Shown here: piece by piece, positions 26,637 through 36,402 of the stretch
How the letters are laid out: each line of letters begins with the position of its first letter
How positions within the stretch are numbered: position 1 is the stretch's first letter
Assembly: GCA_031260805.1 (NCBI GenBank)
Contig: JAISKV010000007.1
Location: 4,822-68,821 of the forward strand
Direction of reading: 5' to 3'
Origin: Rickettsiales bacterium
Lineage (GTDB): Bacteria > Pseudomonadota > Alphaproteobacteria > Rs-D84
DNA length: 64,000 nucleotides
The notes under the pieces: model-generated
What the model saw: only the letters and a program-made list of their open reading frames with translations
What the model was told of the DNA's origin: nothing
Databases searched by the model: none
Translations under genes and position numbers: made by a program

Positions 26637-27914
26637 ATGACTTGCAAATTCTGGCTGTATAATAAATCCGGACTAAAACTGGAATGCGGGATTGACCGGA
26701 ATGAATCACTAAACAAACAGCCGCTGGTCTTTATCGCCGGCGGATTTGGATCAGACGCTTTCACAGGCTCCACCCAACCGCCGCTCGCCGATTTGTTCAT
26801 GCGGCATGGATTTGCAGTTTTCAGAATGAATTTCCGCGGCAATGGAAATTCCGAAGGCGATCTGGCATTCGCGACAATAATGGCCGGTCTGGAAGACACG
26901 CAGGCCGCATTTGACTACATCAAAACGCTTGATTGGCCCGACAGCGTCGCGTTGTGCGGCAATTCGTATGGCGGCGGGCTGGCAATGCATGAAGCGGCCG
27001 AGCGCAAGCAATTTGACTATAAATTCTTGATACTGCTGTCTCCGCGGACAGATACCGCATGGCGATATGAGGACGACAAAAACATAGACTTGCAGGATTG
27101 GGCGCGGAAAGAATTCATCACCGTCCATGGACAGCGGCGGCATTATTCGTTGTATTCTGATTCGCTGAATTATCATCCGTGGCAGGTCGCAGGAAATATT
27201 AAAATCCCAACGCTCATAATTCATGGCGATTGCGATGAAGTCTGCCCTTATGACCTGTCTGTGAAATTGCATGAATTGATAAAAACCTCGGAATTAGAAA
27301 CTCTGCCAGGATGCGGGCACCAATATAAAGAGCGCCTTGGCGAAGTGGTGGATATAGTCGGCAACTGGCTGAACAAGCAAGGCATTGCCGCGCCCGAACT
27401 AATAGACATATTTGACGAGAGTTGGAATCCGACAGGCGAGATTCTGGAAAGAAACGAAGCCGAGCGGCAAGGCAAATGGCACAAGGCCTGCCATATTTGG
27501 ATTGTGAATCCGCGCGGCGAACTGCTGCTCCAACTGCGCAGCCCGAACAAAAGTTCGTACCCGAATATGTGGGATATTTCGGCGGCCGGCCATGTCCGCG
27601 CGGGCGAAACAATGATTGAAGGCGGCATTCGCGAAATGAAAGAAGAACTTGGTATAGATATCAGCGGCGACCAGTTGATACCAATTACAAAAAGAAATTC
27701 AGCAAGCAACAAGCACCTGCACGCCGTATTTTTAATCAAACTTGATTTGCCAATAACGGCTTTCACTTTCAGCGACCGCGAAGTCGCCAAGGTAAAATAT
27801 ATGCCTTGGCGCGAAGTTGCAAAAATGTCCAGGGAAGATATGCTGGTGAATTCAATCCTGCCGCACAAGGAATTAGAGACGCTTTTTGAGTATCTGGAAA
27901 AGCATACTTTTTGA
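26637..27914 (+). CDS. Alpha/beta-hydrolase fused to a NUDIX hydrolase
   Basis: N-terminal half: nucleophile elbow GNSYGGG, HGDCDEVCP, GCGHQ. C-terminal half: NUDIX box GHVRAGETMIEGGIREMKEELGI. Start moved to ATG 26637 (MTCKFW) because the track start at 26520 would read through the terminator hairpin. Confidence 0.75.
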   Translation: MTCKFWLYNKSGLKLECGIDRNESLNKQPLVFIAGGFGSDAFTGSTQPPLADLFMRHGFAVFRMNFRGNGNSEGDLAFATIMAGLEDTQAAFDYIKTLDWPDSVALCGNSYGGGLAMHEAAERKQFDYKFLILLSPRTDTAWRYEDDKNIDLQDWARKEFITVHGQRRHYSLYSDSLNYHPWQVAGNIKIPTLIIHGDCDEVCPYDLSVKLHELIKTSELETLPGCGHQYKERLGEVVDIVGNWLNKQGIAAPELIDIFDESWNPTGEILERNEAERQGKWHKACHIWIVNPRGELLLQLRSPNKSSYPNMWDISAAGHVRAGETMIEGGIREMKEELGIDISGDQLIPITKRNSASNKHLHAVFLIKLDLPITAFTFSDREVAKVKYMPWREVAKMSREDMLVNSILPHKELETLFEYLEKHTF

Positions 27915-28000
27915 TATTCCCAAGAGATTTTCATGAAGGGGAACCGGCCACCCAACCCCAACTAAAAAACTGAACTCTGAACCCCGCAATCTGAAAACTT

Positions 28001-28029
28001 AAAAAAATCCGCCGGACGGCGGATTTTTT
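28001..28029. terminator. Bidirectional intrinsic terminator between convergent genes
   Basis: aaaaaa-atccgcc-ggac-ggcggat-ttttt. Confidence 0.8.
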
Positions 28030-29665
28030 AATTCAGCGGCGCGCCCCAATTCTGCTGGATCTGCCGCTCAGCGTCCATCGGGCTGACCAGCACCTGGGGC
28101 GTCAGAATCACGACCAAGACATCCCGTTTGGAATTCGTTTCGCGCGATCCGGACAACGCCATAAAGTCCGCTTCGCCCAGCCCATACCGCGTGTCGTTGT
28201 TCGTCTGTTTCTCGAACCCGCTCAGCACCAGCATCTGGCCCGATTCCATGATTACTTCCTGCATGAACGACCGTTCTTCCACATCCGGCAGTTGCAGCGT
28301 TACTTCGCCGATTTTTGTCTGGTTCATCGTGACCAATTCGCGCACGGACATCTTGAACAGCAGCAGAATCCGCCCGTTTTCCAAAATATTCGGCAGCAGT
28401 TGCATTGAAAATCCCGTTTCCAAATCATCCTGGTCAACCGTTGACGATTCAACAGTCGTAAAGTTGCGCGACTCGAACCGTTTGATATATCCGGTTGTGC
28501 GGGTGTTTGACACCGGCGCGATGCGGTTGTTGCGCGTGGTGACGCCGACATTCGTCACCAATGAAACCTTGCCCTGTTTGGCCAATGCGGATATCAGCGC
28601 GTTTGATCCGGCGACACCGGACAGCGATCCGTTGTTTATCGCGGACGCGCTGGGACCGGCCACGGGCCCGCCGTCTTTCGGGGCGGTTACGGCGTCAACG
28701 CCGGCCAGACTGGACAACACCGCGATATTCATTGAACTTGCTTCCGGGTTAGAGAAGTTATTTTTCGGATTCGCGACAATGTTCAAGCCAGACGCGGAAT
28801 TTATCGCCGCCGCCAAATTCAGTCCGAATCCGGAATTATTGCTGATGGACACCTGCAAGACCCGGACATCTATCGTGACCAATTGCGACAATCTTTTATT
28901 CTGGCGGTTTATGTATTCCGAAACGCGGCCCTGGACCGACGGCGGCGCGGTAACAGTTATCGTGCCCAAGGACCGCGACACGGTGAACTTGGAATTCGCG
29001 GATCCGTCCAGAATAGACCCGATGGTGTTTTCAACTTCTTCCCATTCTTTCAGATTGGATTCCAGCGAAACGCTGTTGCCGTCATCCGTACGTATCGATG
29101 ATTGATAAGAAATATCAGTGCCCAGAGCGTACAGATTGAATGTCTTGGTTTCAGTTTCATAAAAAACTATGTTTGACTTGTCGTAATACCACAACAGGTC
29201 CAGATCCGTCGCCACCTGGGACAGCAGTCCCGATAAACTGCCGGTATACGCGATGTTCATGGTCTTTTTCAGTTTGTCGCCGTTTATCTGGTTGTCTATC
29301 TTGACAGGCAGCCCGGTTACGGAATTTATATTGTTCGCCAAGACTTGCAGCGACACCGACTCGTTCAATACAATCGTTATCCCGTTGTCGGTCTCGAATT
29401 CGCGCGGCAGTTTGTTTTTGTGTTCCAGCACCATTGACTGGTTGCCCAGCCAGACGCCCTCGCTCATAGAAACGGTGTCGCCGGAATTTACTTTGGCGCG
29501 CGGATTCTTGGCCATCTCAAAAGCGTCATACGCATTTATAAAGTCATTGTCCACCGTGCCAGCAACCTCGGCCGATTGCTTTTTCGCGCAACCGGTGATA
29601 ACAAGCAGCGAGCAACCAGCAACGAGCAGCGTTTTACAAATTGTTTTCCCAAATAAATAAAACAT
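28028..29665 (-). CDS. Lipoprotein secretin, PilN/BfpB-like (type IVb-pilus-type outer-membrane channel)
   Basis: 545 aa. Lipobox LLVITGC-AKK. N-terminal N0/STN-like region (ITIVLNESVSLQVLANNINSVTGLPVKID). C-terminal secretin-like block (GQMLVLSGFEKQTNND...VLVVILTPQV). Confidence 0.6.
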   Translation of the reverse strand: MFYLFGKTICKTLLVAGCSLLVITGCAKKQSAEVAGTVDNDFINAYDAFEMAKNPRAKVNSGDTVSMSEGVWLGNQSMVLEHKNKLPREFETDNGITIVLNESVSLQVLANNINSVTGLPVKIDNQINGDKLKKTMNIAYTGSLSGLLSQVATDLDLLWYYDKSNIVFYETETKTFNLYALGTDISYQSSIRTDDGNSVSLESNLKEWEEVENTIGSILDGSANSKFTVSRSLGTITVTAPPSVQGRVSEYINRQNKRLSQLVTIDVRVLQVSISNNSGFGLNLAAAINSASGLNIVANPKNNFSNPEASSMNIAVLSSLAGVDAVTAPKDGGPVAGPSASAINNGSLSGVAGSNALISALAKQGKVSLVTNVGVTTRNNRIAPVSNTRTTGYIKRFESRNFTTVESSTVDQDDLETGFSMQLLPNILENGRILLLFKMSVRELVTMNQTKIGEVTLQLPDVEERSFMQEVIMESGQMLVLSGFEKQTNNDTRYGLGEADFMALSGSRETNSKRDVLVVILTPQVLVSPMDAERQIQQNWGAPLN

Positions 29666-29708
29666 TTTATTCCTCTTGAATTACAATAACCGCTCGTTAT
29701 CCTACTAA

Positions 29709-30503
29709 TTATTCTTCCGCAGTGCTGATAACCAGAACCCTGTTTCCATTGTAAAACTTGGCGTACGGCGTCGGCGTCGCGCGGCCAAAGTTCCGGACCA
29801 ATGCCGACGACACATCAACAAACCGACCCTTGAATACGGCGGACGCCTGTATCGGATACTCCCGCTCGGTCCCCCAAATCAGATCCCAGCCTTCCTTGTC
29901 GCACCACAACTGCAAGACTTCGCGCAGCGTCTGGCCGTTCGCAACAACCCAACTACGCACCTGGTCGCGCATTTCGCGCGCGGCTTCAGCATCCGCGCTG
30001 TCGCCGCCGTTGTCCGCGGTTTCAACTTCCATGTCCGTCATTTCCGCGTTGCGGTCAATAACGACATCGCGGCCGTTCAATTCAGCAAAGCCCGCGTCGC
30101 CGTATAATTTCTTTGTTCTTTTGGATTTTGATATGGACAAAACCCCGCCCCCGTCGTCTTCGGGCATCTCCATGTTCATCAGCGGCATTTCAACACCGGC
30201 GATATTTTGCCCAAAGTCCAGATTTCCGTGCAGCATGTTCGCGCCGCCGGAAAAAGACCCATCCGACCGGCCGCCGATATTGATATTGTTCTCAACCATC
30301 AGATCAGGCCCGATTTTGGAAACTATCTTGATATTGTCATTTTTCTTGGCGCCCCAATCGGCATACATGCCACCGTCGGTCGCGGTTGCGATTTCAGTGT
30401 CCGCGTCGCTGCCCGCCAGCGGCCAGGCCGGAACGGCGCCGTCGGCAAAAGCATAGCCGGCCGCGGCCGCAAACATCGCGCATATAAGAACAGTTCGGAA
30501 CAT
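29709..30503 (-). CDS. Exported protein with C-terminal TcpQ/PilL-like domain
   Basis: Start at MFRTVLICAMFAAAAGYAFA-DG (ATG 30503, SD aggaaagg). The C-terminus WVVANGQTLREVLQLWCDKEGWDLIWGTEREYPIQASAVFKGRFVDVSSAL matches the pattern of the TcpQ domain found in pilus secretin partners. Confidence 0.55.
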   Translation of the reverse strand: MFRTVLICAMFAAAAGYAFADGAVPAWPLAGSDADTEIATATDGGMYADWGAKKNDNIKIVSKIGPDLMVENNINIGGRSDGSFSGGANMLHGNLDFGQNIAGVEMPLMNMEMPEDDGGGVLSISKSKRTKKLYGDAGFAELNGRDVVIDRNAEMTDMEVETADNGGDSADAEAAREMRDQVRSWVVANGQTLREVLQLWCDKEGWDLIWGTEREYPIQASAVFKGRFVDVSSALVRNFGRATPTPYAKFYNGNRVLVISTAEE

Positions 30504-30643
30504 ACCCCCGCCTTTCCTTTGGATTTTATAATTCATTATAACAACTTGCGCGAATCGGTGCAAGGGTTAAAATGATTTATGATTTAAGATATATGATTTC
30601 TGATTTTTATGTTAGAATCATAAAAACATTCAAGGGCGTAAAA

Positions 30644-31168
30644 ATGATTATTATGATAATTTCCGGAATAACACTGTTTCTCTGCCTGGCTTTGTGCGTC
30701 TTGTTTTTTTCAATAAATTCCAAAGTCGGCCGCATCGCCCGGCGGTCCGAGCATCAGTACGCCGTTCTGGTGAAAATGCAATCCGTGCTGAAAAGCAAGT
30801 ATTCAACCAACGCATTCGCCGAGAATGCGGAGATGATTTATCAAAACCTGCTGCAACATGTGATTCCGATCATGGCCGCGCTGGACATCATGCCGCGCGC
30901 CACGGACGAGCATTCGCTGTGGCGGGCCCTGGGCGGAATATCGGACGAGTATGCAAAAAATCCGTTTGTTCTGGAACAATTGCGCCGGGCCGTGAAACTG
31001 GATATCAAAATCGCGAACGCGGCGGACAGTTTCATCGCCCGGGCCGAAGCGCTTCTGGAACAACTGCGCGTTGAATCGGGAACCACCATTTTGACCGAGG
31101 CTTTTGCAGACGGCCTGCTGGGCCAAACGATAATCTTGTTCAAGACAGCGCGGCAAATGAATGCTTGA
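30644..31168 (+). CDS. Single-pass membrane protein of unknown function, start-stop overlapped with sufB
   Basis: MIIMIISGITLFLCLALCVLFF TM followed by a helical soluble part. ATG 30644 has SD caaggg. The track start at 30572 lies in a gatttatgattt word repeat. The stop overlaps the sufB ATG by 8 nt. Confidence 0.55.
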   Translation: MIIMIISGITLFLCLALCVLFFSINSKVGRIARRSEHQYAVLVKMQSVLKSKYSTNAFAENAEMIYQNLLQHVIPIMAALDIMPRATDEHSLWRALGGISDEYAKNPFVLEQLRRAVKLDIKIANAADSFIARAEALLEQLRVESGTTILTEAFADGLLGQTIILFKTARQMNA

Positions 31169-32459
31169 CCGCAATACAATCATCAAGATATCTGAAAAGC
31201 GCGCCGAGCCGCAGTGGCTGACCGCCTGGCGTCTGAACGCTTTCGCTGTCTGGCAGAATATGACCGAGCCGCACTGGGCGGATGTGGATTACACCCCAAT
31301 TGATTACGACAACCTGGATTACTTTTCCGCAAGGCCGCCCATTGACAATTCCGATCTGGCGGCCGCGTATGACAAGATGGGATTGCCCGAGTCTGAAAAA
31401 AACGCCCTGCTGGGCATGGCGACGGATCTTATCATAGACAGCAGGTCCGTAAACACCAGTTATACAGCGGAATTGGACAAACTGGGCATTATATTTTTGC
31501 CTTTTTCAGAGGCCGCGCGAAAATATCCGGAACTGGTGCAGCGACATCTGGGCACGGTTGTCCCGGCCGGCGACAATTTCTTTGCCGCATTGAACGCCGC
31601 TGTTTTTTCTGACGGAACTTTTGTCTACATCCCGAAAAATACAAAATGCCCGATTGATCTGGCGTCTTACTTTCGTCTGGAAACGGCGAAACTCGGCCAG
31701 TTCGAGCGAACGCTGATAATCGCCGATGAAAATTCAGAATTATCGTACATGGAAGGTTGCAGCGCGCCGCGCCGCCCCAATCACCAATTGCACAGCGGCG
31801 TGGTGGAAGTGATAGCCATGCCAGGCGCGGCCGTCAAATACGCGACGGTCCAGAACTGGTCGCGCGATGTTTACAATTTTGTAACCAAGCGCGGGCGGGT
31901 TGAACGGGACGCAAAACTGTACTGGACCCAATTGGAAATGGGCAGCGGAAAAACTTGGAAATACCCGTCCAGCATTCTGGCGGGCGAAAACGCGGTTTCG
32001 GACTTTTACTCGCTGTCAATCACGCGCGGCGCGCAGCAGGCGGACACCGGGACAAAAATGATACATTTGGCGCCGAATACAAAATCAAACATTGTATCGT
32101 ACGGGGCGGCGCTGGACGAATCGGTGCAAACGCTGCGCGCAACTGTCGTCTTTGCGCCTGGCGCGACCGGCTGCGCCAATTCCGGCAAGTGCGACACGCG
32201 GATTCTATCTGAAAATGCGCGGGTCTGCGCGGTACCTGATATCAGGCATTCCAGCGGAAAAAATTCGCAGGGATGGGAAGCGGCCGCCGGCGCGATTGAC
32301 GCGGCCGCCCTGCTCTATCTGACCGCAGGCGGCATCGGGCATGACGAAGCGGTCGCCCTGATTGTGGCGGGCGCGGCAGCGCCTGTGCTGAACCGTCTGC
32401 CGATGGAATTTCTGGTTGAATCAAAACAATTAATACAAATGGCGTTAAGCGATGAATAA
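31161..32459 (+). CDS. sufB: Fe-S cluster assembly protein SufB (divergent C-terminus)
   Basis: 432 aa. FAALNAAVFSDGTFVYIPKN, GQFERTLIIADENSELSYMEGCSAP, KYATVQNWSRDVYNFVTKRG, TWKYPSSILAG, ADTGTKMIH. Confidence 0.85.
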   Translation: MLDRNTIIKISEKRAEPQWLTAWRLNAFAVWQNMTEPHWADVDYTPIDYDNLDYFSARPPIDNSDLAAAYDKMGLPESEKNALLGMATDLIIDSRSVNTSYTAELDKLGIIFLPFSEAARKYPELVQRHLGTVVPAGDNFFAALNAAVFSDGTFVYIPKNTKCPIDLASYFRLETAKLGQFERTLIIADENSELSYMEGCSAPRRPNHQLHSGVVEVIAMPGAAVKYATVQNWSRDVYNFVTKRGRVERDAKLYWTQLEMGSGKTWKYPSSILAGENAVSDFYSLSITRGAQQADTGTKMIHLAPNTKSNIVSYGAALDESVQTLRATVVFAPGATGCANSGKCDTRILSENARVCAVPDIRHSSGKNSQGWEAAAGAIDAAALLYLTAGGIGHDEAVALIVAGAAAPVLNRLPMEFLVESKQLIQMALSDE

Positions 32460-33135
32460 CATTTTGGAAATAAAAAATTTAACGGTCCGCAGCGGCGGGA
32501 AAATTCTGCTGGATAATGTCAACCTTGCTGTGAGCGCAGGGTGCAGGCATTTGCTGGTCGGTGCGAACGGTTCTGGCAAGACGACGCTGGCCCAGACAAT
32601 CGCCGGAAATCCAGAGTATGAAATTGACGGCGGGCGGATTATTTTTGACGGCGCGGACGCGACGGGCGAATCAGCAACGCGGCGCGCGCTGATGGGGATC
32701 TTTACCGCCGCGCAGATAGTTCCGGAAATCCCGGGCCTGACCATAACCAGTTTCTTGAAGCACTCCGCAGCCGCGCATCATCAATTTCAGACGGGGAAAT
32801 TATTGAACACGGCCGAATTCATGGACAGGCTGGAATCAGCGCGCGCGCGCCTGGGCATCCCGCGCGAATGGCTGGGTCGCAGCGTCAATGTCGGCTTTTC
32901 CGGGGGCGAGCGAAAAAAGATAGCGTTTCTGCGCCTGCTGATGATGCAGCCGAAGTTAGCAATTTTGGACGAGCCGGACAGCGGCGCGGACGCCGCGGCG
33001 CAAAAACTGTTTGCGGAAATCATAAATGAAATGGGCGGCACGACATTTTTAATCATTTCGCACCAGGACAAATTCCGCGAACTTATCCGACCGACAGGAA
33101 TAACAACTTTGTCAGACGGACGGGTTGTGGTATAA
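32452..33135 (+). CDS. sufC: Fe-S cluster assembly ATPase SufC
   Basis: 227 aa. Walker A GANGSGKTTL, ABC signature FSGGERKK, Walker B LAILDEPDSG, H-loop ISHQ. 8-nt overlap with sufB. Confidence 0.88.
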   Translation: MNNILEIKNLTVRSGGKILLDNVNLAVSAGCRHLLVGANGSGKTTLAQTIAGNPEYEIDGGRIIFDGADATGESATRRALMGIFTAAQIVPEIPGLTITSFLKHSAAAHHQFQTGKLLNTAEFMDRLESARARLGIPREWLGRSVNVGFSGGERKKIAFLRLLMMQPKLAILDEPDSGADAAAQKLFAEIINEMGGTTFLIISHQDKFRELIRPTGITTLSDGRVVV

Positions 33136-33162
33136 TGAAACATGAAATAAGAGACATGAAAT

Positions 33163-34047
33163 ATGAAAAAATTAAATAAAACAAATACGCCAAATCAAAC
33201 GCAATCAATACTGTCGTGGCTGTGCAGCCCCGTGCGGCCGATTAATTGGAAAAAGTATCTGGGGGGCGCAGCGATATTTTCTGTCGCGGTGCTGGCCGCC
33301 GTATCCATTGTTTCCGCAATCGGGATGAAACTGCAAATCATGATCCAGGGCGGCATCGCCGCGGGCGGCGTGCCTTCGTTCTGGGCGCGTCTGAATTTTA
33401 TGGCCGCCAGCCTGATTGATAATCCGGTGTCTCTGCTGGGGCTGCTGGCCGGATTTATGATTTTCGGACTGTTTTTGTTCATGCCGCGCGCTGCGCTGGA
33501 CAAGCGGGGATTCCTGTCAGTCCATGTCGCGTCTTATGTCGTCATGGCTTTGTCAGCAATGCTGGTGAAATTCAATTTTATCTTTACGGCGATAATGATT
33601 ATCGCGGCCCTGGCACTGGCCATATCTGCCGCGCGGTTTGCGTCAGGCCAAAAGATTTCCAATGCGGTGGTGCTGCTCTCATTCCCGTTCGGATGGACGA
33701 CATATTATCTGGGCGGATATTTTCTGCCGGACAGCGGGGCGCAAACCGTCAAATCCAAACTGCCCCTGTACAATAAAATCATAGACTGGTTAAACGCAAA
33801 CAGGTACGGATTCTGGGCTTTGTGGCTTATCCAGATCGCCAGCCTGTTCATCATGCCGTATCCTTGGGCGATATTTCTGACAGGCGTGTTCGGCGGATTT
33901 ATGCTGGTCGCGGGGCGCGCGCGGACAGCGGCGGGATTTCGGATACTGGGCTGGATTTCCATCGCGGTGAATATCGCGGTAATTATAGGGGTTGTCATGA
34001 TGGCGGAATTCTGGACGACCAGTCTGTTGCAACTGCTGCTGGGATAA
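33163..34047 (+). CDS. Polytopic membrane protein, unknown function
   Basis: 294 aa, about 7-8 hydrophobic segments, no recognisable motif. Confidence 0.5.
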   Translation: MKKLNKTNTPNQTQSILSWLCSPVRPINWKKYLGGAAIFSVAVLAAVSIVSAIGMKLQIMIQGGIAAGGVPSFWARLNFMAASLIDNPVSLLGLLAGFMIFGLFLFMPRAALDKRGFLSVHVASYVVMALSAMLVKFNFIFTAIMIIAALALAISAARFASGQKISNAVVLLSFPFGWTTYYLGGYFLPDSGAQTVKSKLPLYNKIIDWLNANRYGFWALWLIQIASLFIMPYPWAIFLTGVFGGFMLVAGRARTAAGFRILGWISIAVNIAVIIGVVMMAEFWTTSLLQLLLG

Positions 34048-34048
34048 T

Positions 34049-35134
34049 ATGAACGGAATACTTGGATTTATCGGGGTTTTGATTTTGCTGTACGCAGGGC
34101 GGTCAATTATAACGCCCGTGCTGGTCGCGGCGTTCTTGTGGTATCTGACAAACGCAATCTCCGCGTATTACAGAAAAATACTGCCCGGGCGCGAATTCGC
34201 GTCAAAGATAACAGATTCACTGCGCCGGAACAGGTTCACCGCGCGCTTGTCGCCGATAACACACTATCTGTACGACATGCTGGCGTTCGGATGCGCCGCC
34301 GCGACCATCGGCGGGCTGATCTGGGCGTTCGTGGTCCGGATCCAGCCTATGTTTTCGCAATTAATCGCGCGGCTGCCGGAAATACAGTCGCGTCTGAACG
34401 GCCTGTCCGATTACATATCAATGCATTCAGGAATAAATGTCAGCGCGGCGTCCCTGCCTGATTTGACAGGCGTCATAACCGGAATCGGGGCCAGCGTCGC
34501 CGGAATCGCGGCGACCACGGGGCTGGTTCTGGTATACACGCTGTTCATGTTTATTGAACAGGGTTCGTTCCCACGCAAATTTGTGAAAATATTCAACGGC
34601 CGGGCATCCCGCGGCCGCGCGCGCGTTATTCTGGATTCAATAACGAACAATATTAAAAAGTATATGTTTATCAAGACTTTTATTTCCGGCCTGACGGCGA
34701 TACTTTCTTATTTTGTCATGCTGTATTTCGGACTGGAATTTGCGGCGGTGTGGGCGTTTATAATTTTCATACTGAATTACATCCCGACATTCGGCAGCAT
34801 AATCGCCTGCGGCCTGCCGATACTCTATTCTTTGGTCAGCATGGATAATCTGCGCGGCCCGGTCGCGATTGCAATCGGGCTGGTCGGGCTGCAAATAGTT
34901 ATCGGAAATATTTTAGAGCCGCGGCTGACCGGGAACAAGTTGAACCTGTCCACGCTGGCGATACTTATAAACCTGGTGTTTTGGGGAATTTTGTGGGGGC
35001 CGATAGGAATGTTTTTTTCCGTGCCGCTGCTGGTCGCAACTTTAATTATTTTGTCGCAGTTTGACAACACGCGATGGATCGCAGTGCTGCTGTCCGCCAA
35101 CGGCGAAATCCCAGATGTAAAGGTGAAGGTGTAG
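34049..35134 (+). CDS. AI-2E family transporter (PerM/UPF0118)
   Basis: 361 aa. Typical topology and the C-terminal block NYIPTFGSIIA...GNILEPRLTGNKLNLSTLAILINLVFWGILWGPIGMFFSVPL. Confidence 0.75.
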   Translation: MNGILGFIGVLILLYAGRSIITPVLVAAFLWYLTNAISAYYRKILPGREFASKITDSLRRNRFTARLSPITHYLYDMLAFGCAAATIGGLIWAFVVRIQPMFSQLIARLPEIQSRLNGLSDYISMHSGINVSAASLPDLTGVITGIGASVAGIAATTGLVLVYTLFMFIEQGSFPRKFVKIFNGRASRGRARVILDSITNNIKKYMFIKTFISGLTAILSYFVMLYFGLEFAAVWAFIIFILNYIPTFGSIIACGLPILYSLVSMDNLRGPVAIAIGLVGLQIVIGNILEPRLTGNKLNLSTLAILINLVFWGILWGPIGMFFSVPLLVATLIILSQFDNTRWIAVLLSANGEIPDVKVKV

Positions 35135-35177
35135 GTGTATGTGCAGGTGAACCACCACCTACACCTACACCTTCACC
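35122..35177. terminator. 18-bp word hairpin shared by convergent perM-like and dnaJ 3' ends
   Basis: ggtgaaggtgtaggtgta ... tacacctacaccttcacc. The left arm encodes the last codons (VKVKV stop) of the transporter. The right arm covers the dnaJ stop. Confidence 0.65.
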
Positions 35178-36267
35178 CTTTCAACTCTTCCAATGCTTTT
35201 TTCTGCGCGCGCGAGAGTTTGGTTGGCACGGCCGTGCTGACCAAAATGTACAAATCGCCGTATTCGCCGCGGCGCCCCGCGATCGGCATGCCCGCGCCGC
35301 GCGCGCGCAACTTTTCGCCGATCTGCGTGCCGGCCGGAATTTTCACTGAAATCTTTTTTCCGCTTATCGCGTATACTTCATGCTCTCCACCCAATGCGAG
35401 CGTCGCAAAAGACACTTCGGACCGCATGTACAAATCATTTCCGGCGCGCTGGAATGTTTCATCCGGCTGGACGCGGACATCAACATAAAAGTCCCCGGCC
35501 GGACCGCCGAACGCCCCCGCTTCGCCCTGGCCGGCCAAGCGCAGGCGCGTTCCGTCCATGACGCCGGCCGGTATTTTTACTTCCAGCGTGCGGCTTTTCT
35601 GCCTGACCCCGACGCCGTCGCAGTCGCGGCATTTGTTTTTTATCACGCGGCCCAGGCCGTTGCAGTCGGGGCATACGGATTCGCCTGCGAACAGGCCGCG
35701 GCGCATGCGGACAAATCCGCGGCCGTTGCAAGTGCTGCATGTCGGGGCCGCCTTGCCATCCGCGGTGCCAAAGCCATGGCATCTTTCACATTTCACATTT
35801 GATGAAAAATGAATTGTCTCCGTCGTGCCGGCATACGCCTGATCCAGATTCAACACGACTTCGTGCAGCATGTCGCGGCCGCGGCTGTCCGCCGGCCCGT
35901 CATGCGCGCCGCCGCCAAAGCCAAAGTTCTTCATGACTTCGTCCATGACATCATGCATGTCGGCAAAGCCGCCCATATTGAACGAAAATCCGCCGCCAAA
36001 CGGGTTGCCGCTGAATCCGCCCGCCCCGGCGGACGCGCCGTTTCCAGCGCCGAACGCCGCTTCGCCATACTGATCGTACGCCGACCTTTTTTGTGGATCT
36101 TTCAGAATGTCAAAAGCATTATTGACTTCCTTGAACTTTTCTTCCGCGGCCGCATCCCCGGGATTTTTATCCGGGTGATACTTCATTACCAGTTTGCGGT
36201 AAGCGGACTTGATTTCGGATTCACTGGCGTTTTTTGACACGCCCAAAATTTCGTATGGGTTTCTCAT
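35173..36267 (-). CDS. dnaJ: Molecular chaperone DnaJ
   Basis: J domain with HPD ([31 protein letters not shown]), G/F region, four CxxCxGxG zinc motifs. Confidence 0.93.
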   Translation of the reverse strand: MRNPYEILGVSKNASESEIKSAYRKLVMKYHPDKNPGDAAAEEKFKEVNNAFDILKDPQKRSAYDQYGEAAFGAGNGASAGAGGFSGNPFGGGFSFNMGGFADMHDVMDEVMKNFGFGGGAHDGPADSRGRDMLHEVVLNLDQAYAGTTETIHFSSNVKCERCHGFGTADGKAAPTCSTCNGRGFVRMRRGLFAGESVCPDCNGLGRVIKNKCRDCDGVGVRQKSRTLEVKIPAGVMDGTRLRLAGQGEAGAFGGPAGDFYVDVRVQPDETFQRAGNDLYMRSEVSFATLALGGEHEVYAISGKKISVKIPAGTQIGEKLRARGAGMPIAGRRGEYGDLYILVSTAVPTKLSRAQKKALEELKG

Positions 36268-36380
36268 GTGCTTTAATATAAGGGAAAATTAACGGAAATC
36301 AAGGGGTAAAAACAGGGTTCGGTTTTCAGAGTTCAGTATTTTTGACTGAACCCCGAACTCTGAAAACTGAACCCTAAAAA

Positions 36381-36402
36381 ACGGCCATGCGGCCGTTTTT
36401 TT
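36381..36402. terminator. Bidirectional intrinsic terminator
   Basis: aaaaa-acggcc-atgc-ggccgt-ttttttt, directly after the stop of the 93-aa gene. Confidence 0.75.

Noticed and set aside
28128-30456. 325-aa and 232-aa plus-strand ORFs opposite the secretin and TcpQ-like genes
   Set aside because: Both are Ser/Pro/Thr-rich antisense frames. The minus-strand genes have signal peptides, a lipobox and domain motifs.
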